Shown here: positions 38,319 to 47,576 of the stretch, piece by piece | Layout of the letters: the number at the start of each line of letters is the position of its first letter | How positions within the stretch are numbered: position 1 is the stretch's first letter | NCBI GenBank assembly: GCA_965221775.1 | Contig: CBDCSU010000004.1 | Span: forward strand, 64,001-128,000 | Reading direction: 5' to 3' | DNA length: 64,000 nucleotides | Source of the DNA: Candidatus Latescibacterota bacterium | GTDB taxonomy: Bacteria; Latescibacterota; UBA2968; UBA8231 | Position numbers and translations under genes: made by a program | The notes under the pieces: generated by a model | Seen by the model: the letters and a program-made list of their open reading frames with translations, nothing else | What the model was told of the DNA's origin: nothing | The model's database searches: none

Positions 38319-41300
38319 ATGTCATCCAGTTTCTCCGACACACTCCCCGGAGATTACCCCCGCCGGATCAAGAGCATCCGAGGCCTCCGGGGTCTGACGC
38401 AGACGCAGTTCGCGGAACTCGTCGGCGTCTCCTTTGCCTCCGTCAACCGCTGGGAGAACGGCCAGTCCCGTCCCAACACCCTGGCCTGGCGCCGCGTACT
38501 CGAGGTGGAAGCCCTGCCAGCAGACGGTTCGGACGAACCCTCGGCAGAGGAAACCGGGCCCCCAAGCATGGACTTCTCAGCCGATCCCGAGGCGGTCTCC
38601 GCCGTCGCCGAGGCCCATCGCCTCGCCAGCGGCCACCTCTTCAATCCCGCCTTCGCCACCGAGACCTCCCTGATCGACCCGCTTCCGCACCAGCGCATCG
38701 CCGTGTACCAGCGGATGCTTGACCAGTCCCCCCTTCGTTTTCTGCTGGCCGACGACGCCGGCGCCGGCAAGACCATCATGACCGGGCTGTACGTGCGCGA
38801 GATGCTTTCCCGCCGCCTCCTGCGGCGCGTGCTCGTCGTGCCCCCGGCCGGCTTGGTGGGCAACTGGGAGCGGGAGATGCGCACCCTCTTCCGCCTGCCC
38901 TTCCGCATCCTAGGCGGGGCCGACGCGCGCGCCGGCAACCCCTTCCTCGGACCGGAGAGCGACCTCGCCATCGTCAGCGTCGACACCCTGGCCGGGGAGC
39001 GCATGTTCGGCCACCTCGGGGATCCGCAGACCAGCCCCTACGACCTCGTTGTCTTCGACGAGGCCCACAAGCTGTCGGCAGACCGCCAGCCGGACTTCCG
39101 GGTGCGCAAGACGGGCCGCTACAAGCTGGCCGAGGCCCTGGCCGGCGCCGAGACCGACGACAAGGACGGGAGGGGGCTCTCCTGGTCGGCACAGCATCTC
39201 CTGCTGCTGACGGCCACCCCCCACATGGGCAAGGACCACCCCTACTACTATCTGTGGCGCCTGCTGCTGCCGGACGCCCTCTCCACCTACGACGCCTTCG
39301 AGGAGTTCCCCCCGGACTCGCGGCAGCGGCACTTCATCCGTCGCACCAAGGAGGAGATGGTCCACTTCGACCGTCGGCCCCTCTACCCGCAGCGCAAGTG
39401 CGACACCCTGGGCTACGAGCTGTCCCAGGGGCCGGGGAGCGAGCAGGAGCTGTACGACGAGACCACGGACTACATGCGCCATCACTACAACCGGGCGGCG
39501 GCGTTGAACCGGTCCGCCGCCCGCCTGGCGATGAGCGTCTTCCAGCGCCGCTTGGCCAGCTCCACCTATGCTCTCCTGCGCTCCTTCGAGCGCCGCCTCG
39601 AGAAGCTGGAGGGGCTCATCGACGACATCCGCAGCGGCCGCCTAACCGAGGAGCAGCTCGCGAGGCGGCAACAACAGCTCCGGCCCGACGATCTCTTCGA
39701 GACGCGCACGGCTGACGAGGAGGCGGAGATCGAAGACGGGGAACAGCACGAGGACTTCGAGGCCCGGGCCCTCGAAGGCACGGTGGCGGTCAACCTCGCC
39801 GAGCTGGAGGCGGAGCGTGTCAAGGTCGCCGGGTTGCGCGACAAGGCGCAGAGGCTCTTTGACCAAGGTGAGGAGTCGAAGTTCGAGAAGCTGAGGGAGG
39901 TCCTTGCGGCTCCGGACTACCGCGACCAGAAGCTCATCATCTTCACCGAGCACCGGGACACGGCGGGGTTCCTGGTGCGCCGACTCGAAGGCCTTGGCTA
40001 CACGGGCCACGTCGCCCTCATCCACGGCGGCCTTGCCTACCCGGAGAGGGAGCGCCAAGTCGAACTTTTCCGCCGGCCCGCGGACCAGGGCGGGGCCAGT
40101 TATCTCGTGGCCACCGACGCCGCCGGCGAGGGGATCAACCTCCAGTTCTGCTGGCTCATGGTGAACTACGACATCCCCTGGAACCCGGCCCGGCTGGAGC
40201 AGCGCATGGGGCGCATCCACCGTTACGGCCAGAAGCGGGACCCGGTGGTCATCGTCAACCTCGTCTCCGCGGGCACCCGGGAGGGCCGGGTGCTGAAGAC
40301 CCTGCTCGACAAGCTCGAGGCGATCCGACGGCAGCTCAGCTCCGACAAGGTCTTCGACGTGGTGGGCCGTCTCTTCGAGGGGCTGTCCGTCCGGGACTAC
40401 CTGGCCCAAGCGGTGATGGATGGAGCCGGCGCCGACGCCGCTGCTGAGCGGCTGGAGGGCCACCTCACGGAAGAGCAGGTCCGGGCCCTCGAGGAGAGAG
40501 AGCGCGCCATTTACGGGGACGGCGGCGAGGTGCGCGGCCGGCTGGACGATCTCAACGAGGAGATGGAGCAGGAGAACTACCGCCGGCTGCTGCCCGGGTA
40601 CGTGCGCCGTTTCGTCGAGCATGCCGCGCCGCTCCTCCACCTGCGCCTGGATGGGGATCCGGGTGGCGCCTTCTCCCTGGTGCCTGACCGGCCTCGGGCC
40701 GCCGACCCCCTGCTGTCCGCCCTGGAGGTCTACCCGGAGGAGGCGAGGGAGCGGCTGACGGTGTACAAGCCCGAGAGCCGCGACGACGCTATCTGGCTGC
40801 ATCCCGGTGAGCCGGTCTTCGACAGCCTCTCGGCCGCGGTCCGGGAGCGCCTCGGAGCCGAAGGGCTGCGCGGCGCCGTGTTCAGCGACCCCTATGCCAG
40901 CGACCCGTACCTGTTCCACATCGCCCGCGTCAGCGTGCACCAGCATACGCCGGCGGTTGACCGCGACGAGGGTGGAGAGGCGCCGCAACTGGTGGAGTCG
41001 CGGCTGGTGGGGCTGCGCCAGAGCAGAGAGGGTGCCGTGGAGGAGTGCCCCGTGGAGCACTTGCTCCTGTTGCGCGGCGCCGGCGGTATCGCCCCCGGCG
41101 GCGTGCCCCTGGCCACCTTGGCGCGGGGCATGGCCGGAGAGGCCGCCGATTTCCTTGGCGGGGAAGTGGTCGAGCAGATCGTGCAGACACACCGCCAGCG
41201 CCGCCTGGACGATCTGCCCGGCCGCCTGGAGTTCGTCAACCGCGGATTCGACTATCAGGCGGCCGAGCTGGCAGCCGCCCGGTCCCGTCTCAGGGAGAAA

Positions 41301-41939
41301 GCCGGCACCGGGGACCGTCAGTCCGCCGAGGAGTTGGCCAAGGTCAGGGAGCGGCAGCGGAGCCTCAACGCCCTGCGCGCCCACCGACTTGCCGGGCTGC
41401 GGGCCGAGCCAGAGCACATCCGGGCCGGGGAGGCCGAGTTCCTCGTGCATGCCCTGGTGGTGCCGGCCCAGGACGACAGGGAGGCGGAGCGCTACGACGC
41501 CGATGTCGAGGCCATCGCCATGGAGGTAGCCGCCGCCTACGAGAAGGAGCGGGGCGCCCAGGTGCGGGATGTCTCCAAGCCGGAGTTGGCGAGGCGGGCC
41601 GGACTGCCGGACTGGCCGGGCTTCGACCTCCTGTCCCGCGGCGAGGGAATGGAGGACCGAGCCATAGAAGTCAAGGGACGGGCCGGCACCGGCGGCGTGG
41701 AGTTGGAGGAGAACGAGTGGGCCAAGGCCTGCAACCTGAGAGAGAGATACTGGCTCTACGTGGTCTACGACTGCGCGACGGCGAGGCCGCGACTGGCGCG
41801 GGTGCGGGACCCATTCGCCAAGCTGCTGGTGAGGGAACGAGAGTCCCGTACCTTCATCATCACGGCGGGGGCGGTCATGGAGGCGTCGGAGGAGGGCAGA
41901 AAAGATGAACCGGGGTTAAAGCGGGGACAGGGTGATTGA
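38319..41939 (+). CDS. XRE-HTH + SNF2-family helicase + DUF3883 (NOV-C, PD-(D/E)XK) nuclease
   Basis: GLTQTQFAELVGVSFASVNRWENG; LLADDAGAGKT, FDEAH, LTATPH, ATDAAGEGINLQ, EQRMGRIHRYGQ; GFDLLS..AIEVKGR..NEW. Confidence 0.92.
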   Translation: MSSSFSDTLPGDYPRRIKSIRGLRGLTQTQFAELVGVSFASVNRWENGQSRPNTLAWRRVLEVEALPADGSDEPSAEETGPPSMDFSADPEAVSAVAEAHRLASGHLFNPAFATETSLIDPLPHQRIAVYQRMLDQSPLRFLLADDAGAGKTIMTGLYVREMLSRRLLRRVLVVPPAGLVGNWEREMRTLFRLPFRILGGADARAGNPFLGPESDLAIVSVDTLAGERMFGHLGDPQTSPYDLVVFDEAHKLSADRQPDFRVRKTGRYKLAEALAGAETDDKDGRGLSWSAQHLLLLTATPHMGKDHPYYYLWRLLLPDALSTYDAFEEFPPDSRQRHFIRRTKEEMVHFDRRPLYPQRKCDTLGYELSQGPGSEQELYDETTDYMRHHYNRAAALNRSAARLAMSVFQRRLASSTYALLRSFERRLEKLEGLIDDIRSGRLTEEQLARRQQQLRPDDLFETRTADEEAEIEDGEQHEDFEARALEGTVAVNLAELEAERVKVAGLRDKAQRLFDQGEESKFEKLREVLAAPDYRDQKLIIFTEHRDTAGFLVRRLEGLGYTGHVALIHGGLAYPERERQVELFRRPADQGGASYLVATDAAGEGINLQFCWLMVNYDIPWNPARLEQRMGRIHRYGQKRDPVVIVNLVSAGTREGRVLKTLLDKLEAIRRQLSSDKVFDVVGRLFEGLSVRDYLAQAVMDGAGADAAAERLEGHLTEEQVRALEERERAIYGDGGEVRGRLDDLNEEMEQENYRRLLPGYVRRFVEHAAPLLHLRLDGDPGGAFSLVPDRPRAADPLLSALEVYPEEARERLTVYKPESRDDAIWLHPGEPVFDSLSAAVRERLGAEGLRGAVFSDPYASDPYLFHIARVSVHQHTPAVDRDEGGEAPQLVESRLVGLRQSREGAVEECPVEHLLLLRGAGGIAPGGVPLATLARGMAGEAADFLGGEVVEQIVQTHRQRRLDDLPGRLEFVNRGFDYQAAELAAARSRLREKAGTGDRQSAEELAKVRERQRSLNALRAHRLAGLRAEPEHIRAGEAEFLVHALVVPAQDDREAERYDADVEAIAMEVAAAYEKERGAQVRDVSKPELARRAGLPDWPGFDLLSRGEGMEDRAIEVKGRAGTGGVELEENEWAKACNLRERYWLYVVYDCATARPRLARVRDPFAKLLVRERESRTFIITAGAVMEASEEGRKDEPGLKRGQGD

Positions 41940-43496
41940 GTGGACGAACGTACAATGAAGATTGGTATTGCAAGCCGATTCCTAAGGGACCTCCATGGCC
42001 TATCGCCTACGTTGAGGAAGAAGACCCTGGAGCTTATACACGAGCTTCAAGGGGTGGGGCAAACCGAGCTTAGGCAGAAGGCATTGCCGGGCTGGCGGCT
42101 CCACAGTCTCCGGGAGTCAAGTATGGTATCCCTCTCGGTAGATATGAACTTCCGGATCCTTGCTCAATTCACTCAGGGTGCTCTTATCCTCCATCGGGTA
42201 GTAAGACACGATGTGGCTGATCGTGCCACAGTGAACAGGAACGATCAAGCCGAAGCCATAGTCCAGATGAGCCCTGAAGAGATTCGTCCCGCGGATGTAT
42301 ATGATGCGTTGCTTTCCTTCGGTGTGCCCCGACATGAGGCTGAGTTCTTCCGCGAGTGCTCAACAGAAGATGACCTTCTGAACGTAGCAGTTAAGGTCTC
42401 AGAGGAAACGGCAAGTCTTGCCCTGACCCTGTACGAGACAAGCGGCCTCCCAATCCCTCAGGCTCGGTTCCGGATCCTCCAAAGAGATGAGGATCTCATG
42501 CGTCTTCTTGAGGCGGGAGGTACTGAGTGGAATCTATACCTACACCCGTCTCAAGCATACATTGTGGAACTAGAACCCTCCTTTCGAGCGGCCATCGTAG
42601 GTTCTGCCGGCACAGGTAAGACGGTTTGTGCGTGGCATCGCAGCAAGCATCTGATTGACTTGGGTGTATCGGTCGGTTTCGTTTGTCCGCACGAATCGGT
42701 GCTAGACATCTCGAAGCAGAATCTAATTGACATGATCGGACCGGAAGATGAACGGAGTTACTTCTTTGTCCCGAAGCAACCCGATGAGCTCCTACAGCTT
42801 GCTGATGCCGTTGACCATCTCATTATCGACGAGGCACAGGAGATTCCTCCGACATGGTTCTCCAACCTTGCAGCAAGAATGCGTGATACAGTTGGGCTGA
42901 CCGTGCTCTATGATCTGAATCAGCTCGGAGGTAATATCCGGGATGGCGACACCGCCCGATACCGGGACCGAATTGCCGGCTGGAAGTCAATGTTGAGCGG
43001 ATTCCCCAGAATGAGGAAGTTCAATCTGACGATCAATTATAGAAACGCACGAGAAATCGCCGAGTGTTATCTGGAACTGCTGTCAGAAGCACTGCCTGCA
43101 AAACCATTTGCTGACGTTCCCGTGTTCGAATCTGGAGAGGTTCTCCGGCATAGGGTCAAGAGTGGATACTTGGAAGACGAGCTTGCTAGTATTCTACGAA
43201 GGATGCTGGTGGACTATTCCTCTCACGAGATTGGGGTAGTTGTTCTCAACCGAGGACCGAGCAGCCTACTCTGCCACCTGTCCCGGCGCAAGCTTCCTGT
43301 CGTGCGGGATGCAAAGCAGGACGGAATTGTTATTACTACCGCGGCGAAGGTTCGCGGCCACGAACGAGAAGTGATGATTGTGATTGCGAAGAGCACCCAA
43401 GCTCTGTGTCGGAGTTTTGGCGCCGCAATCGATGCCTATATTGCGATGTCACGAGCGATAAAGCAGCTCATCGTAGTCGAGGAAGAGGGCAGATGA
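41940..43496 (+). CDS. RelE/HigB-like N-terminal domain fused to a compact UvrD/SF1-type helicase
   Basis: N-term RFLRDL..LH.L..SLSVDMNFRI..VVRHD; YLHPSQ, GSAGTGKT, LIIDEAQ, INYRN, KVRGHE, YIAMSRA; lower GC; alternative start ATG 41955. Confidence 0.75.
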   Translation: MDERTMKIGIASRFLRDLHGLSPTLRKKTLELIHELQGVGQTELRQKALPGWRLHSLRESSMVSLSVDMNFRILAQFTQGALILHRVVRHDVADRATVNRNDQAEAIVQMSPEEIRPADVYDALLSFGVPRHEAEFFRECSTEDDLLNVAVKVSEETASLALTLYETSGLPIPQARFRILQRDEDLMRLLEAGGTEWNLYLHPSQAYIVELEPSFRAAIVGSAGTGKTVCAWHRSKHLIDLGVSVGFVCPHESVLDISKQNLIDMIGPEDERSYFFVPKQPDELLQLADAVDHLIIDEAQEIPPTWFSNLAARMRDTVGLTVLYDLNQLGGNIRDGDTARYRDRIAGWKSMLSGFPRMRKFNLTINYRNAREIAECYLELLSEALPAKPFADVPVFESGEVLRHRVKSGYLEDELASILRRMLVDYSSHEIGVVVLNRGPSSLLCHLSRRKLPVVRDAKQDGIVITTAAKVRGHEREVMIVIAKSTQALCRSFGAAIDAYIAMSRAIKQLIVVEEEGR

Positions 43497-43900
43497 GGGA
43501 CTTCCGTCAACTGGTTGTGCAGCGTCCGCCAGACCAATCCGATATAGAGAACCTTCTGCGGAAGGGAGCACTTGGCAAGGCACTTCGACAGGCAAGAGCC
43601 ACGGGTTTGATCATTCCTCAAGAAGACATTGAGGCCACGGCAATCGAGATGTTCAATTCCAACCGTGCGGGCGAGTTATTGGCCATGGTTGGTAAAGTAG
43701 ATGTAGACCTGCCATTTGACACGAGCCAACTGCTTCTACGTGTCTTTGAAGCAGGAGACTACCATACGTTTCTGAAACAGGTGCATCGTTTGGGTGTCGG
43801 AGCGAATGAGGAGCTCAGGGTCACGGAAGCTATCGCAGTAGTTGAACGAACTGCTCCCCTGGAAGCACGGTCCTGGAGACGGAAGTTCCGTACAGTGTGA
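43493..43900 (+). CDS. Small helical hypothetical protein coupled to the RelE-helicase
   Basis: ATGA overlap with the upstream stop; same lower-GC composition; 135 aa. Confidence 0.7.
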   Translation: MRDFRQLVVQRPPDQSDIENLLRKGALGKALRQARATGLIIPQEDIEATAIEMFNSNRAGELLAMVGKVDVDLPFDTSQLLLRVFEAGDYHTFLKQVHRLGVGANEELRVTEAIAVVERTAPLEARSWRRKFRTV

Positions 43901-44025
43901 AGCATGCGGCGTTGGTGAGAGGGAGATGTCTTAGGCAATGCTGCTGTCTCTGCATCGACCACTTGGACTTAGGAATTGGATCGTAGGTCTTGATCTGAGA
44001 CTATTGGAGATCGCACGATGCTGAA

Positions 44026-44155
44026 GCGAGGCAGCGACTGGCGCGGGTGCGGGACCCCTTCGCCAAGCTGCTGATGAAGGGAACGAGAGTCCCTTACCCT
44101 CACCATCACGGCGGGGGCGGTCATGCAGGCGGCGGAGGAGGGCCCAGGGTCATGA
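44026..44155 (+). repeat. Relic duplicate of the SNF2-DUF3883 3' end (matches 41781-41897)
   Basis: GCGAGGC.GCGACTGGCGCGGGTGCGGGACCC.TTCGCCAAGCTGCTG...ATCACGGCGGGGGCGGTCATG...GGAGGAGGGC in both places, with one indel; relic stop TGA overlaps ATG 44152. Confidence 0.92.
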
Positions 44156-45759
44156 CGACGACTGGCATCCGTTTCTTCAACACCGCGGGACCGATCGTGG
44201 CGGCGGATCACTACCATGTGCCGCCGCTGGAGCGGCTGGACCGCGACGAGGTGCTGATGCTGATCCGTCAGCAGAAGTACTTCGTGCTGCACGCTCCCCG
44301 GCAGACAGGCAAGACCTCGGCCCTGCTGGCGCTGAGAGATCTGCTCAATAGCGGTGTCGCCGGCGAGTACCGCTGCGTCTACGTCAACGTCGAGGCGGGC
44401 CAAGCGGCGCGCGAGGATGTCGCAACGGCGATGCGGGCAATCCTCAGCGCCCTCGCCCGTGCGGCGCGTCAAACCCTCGATGACCAGTTCGTCGCTGACG
44501 CCTGGCCTGGCATCTTCGAGGGCTCCGGCCCCAACGATGCCCTTGGGGAAACCCTGTCCCGCTGGGCCGAGTCGGACCCCCAGCCGCTGGTGCTGCTGAT
44601 CGACGAGATCGACGCCCTGATCGGCGACAGCCTGCTGGCGGTGCTGCGGCAGTTGCGCGCCGGGTATGCAGACCGCCCACGGCGGTTTCCGCAGAGCGTG
44701 GTCCTTGGCGGGGTGCGGGACGTGCGCGACTACCGCATCCGCTCTTCCGCCGAGAACGCCGTCATCGCCGGGGGCAGCGCCTTCAACATCCGGGCCGAGT
44801 CCCTGCGCCTGGGGGGCTTCTCCCGCGAGGAGGTGGAGTCGCTGCTGGGGCAGCATACCGAGGAGACCGGGCAGGCCTTCACGGAGGAGGCGCGCGCGGC
44901 GGTCTGGGAACTGACCGAGGGCCAGCCGTGGCTGGTGAACGCCCTGGCCTACGAAGCCTGCTTCCGCAACAAGGCCGGCCGCGACCGGGGCCAGGAGGTG
45001 ACCGCCGAGGCCATCCAGGATGCGCGCGAGCAGTTGATCCTGCGCCGGGAAACGCACCTGGACCAGCTCACCGACAAGCTCCGGGAGGAGCGGGTGCGCC
45101 GGGTGATCGAGCCGCTGCTGAGAGGCGCCGACGACGCCGGTCCCATCGCTGCCGACGACTTGGAATACGTACGCGACCTCGGCCTGGTTGCCCGCGACAG
45201 CCCGGTCCGCATCGCCAACCCGATCTACCGCGAGGTGATCCCCCGCGATCTGACGTTCACGACCCAGGCGGGTTTCCATCACGACCCGTCCTGGTACGTG
45301 GACGAGGGCGGGGCCCTGGAGGTGGACAAGCTGCTGGCCGCGTTCCAGGAGTTCTTCCGGGAGCACTCCGAGCACTGGGTGGAGCGCTTCCAGTACAAGG
45401 AGGCGGGTCCGCAGTTGCTGCTTCAGGCCTTCCTTCAGCGCATCCTCAACAGCGGCGGCCGCATCGAGCGCGAGTACGGCCTGGGGCGCCTGCGCACCGA
45501 TCTGCTGCTGGTGTGGCCGCTGCCGGGAGATGCGGGCGGGGTGCAGAAGGCGGTCGTCGAGTGCAAGGTGCTGCACCGGGGCCTGGAGCGGACCCTGCGC
45601 GAAGGGCTGGAGCAGACACGGGCCTACATGGACCGCTGCGGGTCGGCGGAGGGGCACCTGGTGATCTTCGACCGCACCGAGGGCAAGTCGTGGGAGGAGA
45701 AGGTGTACCGCCGCGACGAGACCGGGGGCGGCGCCCCGGTCACAGCGTGGGGGATGTGA
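44152..45759 (+). CDS. AAA-like (STAND/AAA_35-type) ATPase with C-terminal PD-(D/E)XK nuclease domain
   Basis: FFNTAGP, HAPRQTGKTS, LLIDEID, GGSAFNI, REYGLGRLRTDL..VVECK. Confidence 0.85.
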   Translation: MTTTGIRFFNTAGPIVAADHYHVPPLERLDRDEVLMLIRQQKYFVLHAPRQTGKTSALLALRDLLNSGVAGEYRCVYVNVEAGQAAREDVATAMRAILSALARAARQTLDDQFVADAWPGIFEGSGPNDALGETLSRWAESDPQPLVLLIDEIDALIGDSLLAVLRQLRAGYADRPRRFPQSVVLGGVRDVRDYRIRSSAENAVIAGGSAFNIRAESLRLGGFSREEVESLLGQHTEETGQAFTEEARAAVWELTEGQPWLVNALAYEACFRNKAGRDRGQEVTAEAIQDAREQLILRRETHLDQLTDKLREERVRRVIEPLLRGADDAGPIAADDLEYVRDLGLVARDSPVRIANPIYREVIPRDLTFTTQAGFHHDPSWYVDEGGALEVDKLLAAFQEFFREHSEHWVERFQYKEAGPQLLLQAFLQRILNSGGRIEREYGLGRLRTDLLLVWPLPGDAGGVQKAVVECKVLHRGLERTLREGLEQTRAYMDRCGSAEGHLVIFDRTEGKSWEEKVYRRDETGGGAPVTAWGM

Positions 45760-45771
45760 ACGCACAGGAAG

Positions 45772-47058
45772 GTGGATAGAGTGCACTACCTTACTGATTT
45801 CAAGGGATTCAAGGAGGCCGCCATCGATCTGCTGCGGCCATTCACGCTGCTGATCGGACCGAACGGCTCGGGAAAGAGCAATGTCATCGAGGCGGTCGAG
45901 CTGCTGTCCTTCATCGCGCGGGGTCAACCTCTCCATGAGATCGCGGACGTTGGTCGTGCGCCCGGAGGTCTTCAGATCCGGGGGGGGGTTCAGGCTTGCG
46001 GCCGGGCCGGCGGGAACAGATTCACCCTTGGGTTCATCGCCAAGGTAAGGCTTCACGATGAGTTCAAGTCGGTCACCTACATTCTGAGCCTCTTTACAAG
46101 GCCACATCCCCAGATAGCCGCTGAGCGGCTGAGTTACGGCGACCGGGTGATCTACCGAACACTTCCAAGACATCCCGGATCAGTGCCACGCGATGTAACC
46201 GTGGAATACGACAACTTCGCTCGCGGTGGAAGGAAACCCCAAGCTGCCGCTTCATCAGACCGTTCCGTCCTTTCCCAGTATCAGGAGATTGCGCGCAAGA
46301 ACCGGAATATGAAAGAATGCATGCAGCTTGTGGATGCGCTCCGGCATCATCTGCAAGCCTCCTTCATTTTCGATCCAGATCCCAAGCTCATGCACGTCTA
46401 TGAGCGAATCGGCAACACTACCCTCTCCCGGGATGGCGCCAACTTGTCGGCGGTTCTCTACTCCCTTCATACAGGTGACGAAGCTGATCAGGCATTGTTG
46501 GCTCGTTTGCTTTCCCGCATTTCCCAGCTTCCCGATGAGCCGTACGAGGAGTTCAGTTTTACCACGACCGATCTCGGGGACGTGATCTTTGGACTCCGCG
46601 AGAGAACGGGCTACACCGTGGACGCCCGGGCCCTGTCCGATGGAACGCTGAGAACCCTGGCTATCCTGACCGCCCTGGAGACGGTCCAAGAGGGCTCCCG
46701 AGTCATCGTGGAGGAGTTCGACAACGGACTCCACCCGAGCCGGACAGGAGTACTGACGGCCGCCATAGGTGATGCCACTGAGAGACGCAAGTTGAAAGTA
46801 CTGGTTACCACGCACAATCCTGCCACCATGAACAGCCTGACAGATGAGCAGCTGAAGGGAGTGGTTCTCTGCACGTGGAGCCAGACCAAGGAATGCGCCG
46901 ATCTCGTTGGGTTGGCTAACCTTCCGCGGTCCGACGAGCTCCTTGAGCGCGGACAGCTGGGGGATCTCGTCTCGCGCCGCGTCGTCGAGCAGTACCTGGC
47001 ACCGGAGTTCGAGGAACGCCAGCGCGAGAAAGTCCAGGAGTGGGTTGAGGCTCTGTAG
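45772..47058 (+). CDS. ABC-type (AAA_21) ATPase
   Basis: GPNGSGKSN, LSDGTLR, IVEEFDNGLHP, VTTHNP. Confidence 0.9.
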   Translation: MDRVHYLTDFKGFKEAAIDLLRPFTLLIGPNGSGKSNVIEAVELLSFIARGQPLHEIADVGRAPGGLQIRGGVQACGRAGGNRFTLGFIAKVRLHDEFKSVTYILSLFTRPHPQIAAERLSYGDRVIYRTLPRHPGSVPRDVTVEYDNFARGGRKPQAAASSDRSVLSQYQEIARKNRNMKECMQLVDALRHHLQASFIFDPDPKLMHVYERIGNTTLSRDGANLSAVLYSLHTGDEADQALLARLLSRISQLPDEPYEEFSFTTTDLGDVIFGLRERTGYTVDARALSDGTLRTLAILTALETVQEGSRVIVEEFDNGLHPSRTGVLTAAIGDATERRKLKVLVTTHNPATMNSLTDEQLKGVVLCTWSQTKECADLVGLANLPRSDELLERGQLGDLVSRRVVEQYLAPEFEERQREKVQEWVEAL

Positions 47059-47552
47059 TGAATCCGCCCGTCTACCTGATCGATACCAGCTACCTGCTGG
47101 AGCTGTTCGCCGTCCCAGGATGCTCTACCGAGGCAGCCGTTGCGGAGGTAAGGCGGCGCGTCAAGGATGGTGCGAGGAACGGCGCCCGGCTGTACGTGAC
47201 TGTGCCCTGCATATTCGAGTTGGCGAGTCACATCTCCGATGTGGCCGACGGCAATCTGCGGGTCTTTGGCCGGAACCATGGCAGACACCGTTCTGTCCAG
47301 TCTCGACGAAGGAATGCCATGGACCGTCTTGCCTTCTCGGGCGTCTCGCTGGCTCAGGGAGGCTGTAGCAGGCTTTACAGACACTCACGTCCGCGAGGCA
47401 TTGACTTGACTGATGGCACACTGATCGACGAGGCCCGCAGGCTCAGGCAGGGCCGGTACCGCGGGCCAGAGTGGCGAGTGCACATCTGGACCAAGGACAC
47501 GAAGCTGAAGGCGAGAGAGCCTGACACGGAGCCCGATGCGTTCCTCGGGTGA
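47058..47552 (+). CDS. PIN-domain protein, middle apparently shifted by two compensating indels
   Basis: YLIDTSYL..FELASHI..GIDLTD..IWTKD..L acidic PIN pattern; 1-bp overlap with the ATPase stop. Confidence 0.65.
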   Translation: MNPPVYLIDTSYLLELFAVPGCSTEAAVAEVRRRVKDGARNGARLYVTVPCIFELASHISDVADGNLRVFGRNHGRHRSVQSRRRNAMDRLAFSGVSLAQGGCSRLYRHSRPRGIDLTDGTLIDEARRLRQGRYRGPEWRVHIWTKDTKLKAREPDTEPDAFLG

Positions 47553-47576
47553 TCCTCTGCGGATGAACGGCCCACC

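Noticed and set aside
44018-44030. 13-mer ATGCTGAAGCGAG identical to the start of the 47577 ATPase gene
   Set aside because: Partly overlaps the SNF2 relic and is too short to separate from chance, though it could mark a recombination joint.
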